Shown: positions 63,380 through 64,000 of the stretch, piece by piece
Layout of the letters: each line of letters begins with the position of its first letter
How positions within the stretch are numbered: position 1 is the first letter of the stretch
NCBI GenBank assembly: GCA_020891255.1
Contig: BQFW01000013.1
Coordinates: 1,426,001-1,490,000, forward strand
DNA length: 64,000 nt
Direction of reading: 5' to 3'
Source of the DNA: Entomortierella parvispora E1425
Lineage: Eukaryota > Fungi > Mortierellomycota
Notes under the pieces: generated by a model
Told to the model about the DNA's origin: nothing
Database searches by the model: none
The model's input: the letters and a program-made list of their open reading frames with translations, nothing else
Position numbers and translations under genes: made by a program

Positions 63380-64000
63380 ATGGACCCGACACATCCACAC
63401 CGTTCCTCCAACGATACTTACCCGCAACGGCAACAACAACAGCAACAACCACAGCAACAACCACAGCAACAATCACAGCAACAGCAACCGCAGCCAGGCA
63501 ATACTCCTAATGAGCCAGTGCACTGCTTTTGGGCGCTGATGACCTATGGCGACCTCCGATTCATCTATCTCTCCTCTTCCGTCCAGCGTGCAGTCTCGGC
63601 AAAATACAAGCAGCTTCTGGGCCAGTCCTTCTTTGATTATATCCATCCTGACGAGGCCAAGCTGGCTCGGAAGGACTTGAACGCCTTCATGGATGTCCAC
63701 AACCTTTATGGCAGTGTGACCAGGTAATTCCTTTTTTTTTTTTTTTTTTTGCGGTACTTTGTCAGGGCATTCATTGTCTACCTTCATGCTTGCATGTGCA
63801 GAAAAGCCCTCCCTCTTTTTTTTCTTGGTCCACTACACCATGCTAACGTCATCGTCCATTTGCATTTGCTTAGGTGTCGATTCAAGAATGTATGTCCAGA
63901 GTGGAAACTGCGGAAACAATCAAGGGCTCCGGGCTCCACAAACGCTCCTACAGCAGCCGCACTGCAAGCAGCTGCATCAGAAGGAGGTCTCTCCTCCAGG
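63380..64000 (+). CDS. PAS-domain protein with poly-Q N-terminus (probably a transcription factor); 3' end outside the window
   Basis: LRFIYLSSS...LLGQSFFDYIHPDEAKLARKDL...GSVTR|CRF resembles a PAS fold; DNA-binding domain not visible. Confidence 0.7.

Overview
Eukaryotic, intron-rich fungal DNA. The gene set, intron style and CT-rich leaders suggest an early-diverging fungus, probably Mortierellaceae/Mucoromycota (inference). I support about 24 protein-coding genes, with exon joins read by eye from GT/GC-AG sites and reading-frame continuity. Most are housekeeping: RNase T2, RAMP4, allantoicase, PECR, CE4 deacetylase, MRPS5, HPT1, SEC24, alpha-arrestin, BCKDHB, STE7-type MAPKK, eIF3b, BZZ1, B-cyclin, ISU1, NIP7, VPS39, CHO1, SOD-fold mitoribosomal protein, EF-hand protein, USP36-like, RasGAP, subtilisin and a truncated PAS protein. 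I found no tRNA, rRNA, CRISPR array or intact transposon. The best leads are: (1) an RNase T2 fused to a CBM19-like module through a splice donor that overlaps the usual T2 stop codon; (2) a secreted CE4 protein lacking catalytic residues and carrying a His-rich insert; (3) a stand-alone Miro-like EF-hand module; (4) a 5-kb gene-poor accessory interval (18.4-23.3 kb) with a diverged ~365-bp duplication, a 4x 38-nt motif and candidate microproteins. None of these is shown to be a new system; no database search could be run.
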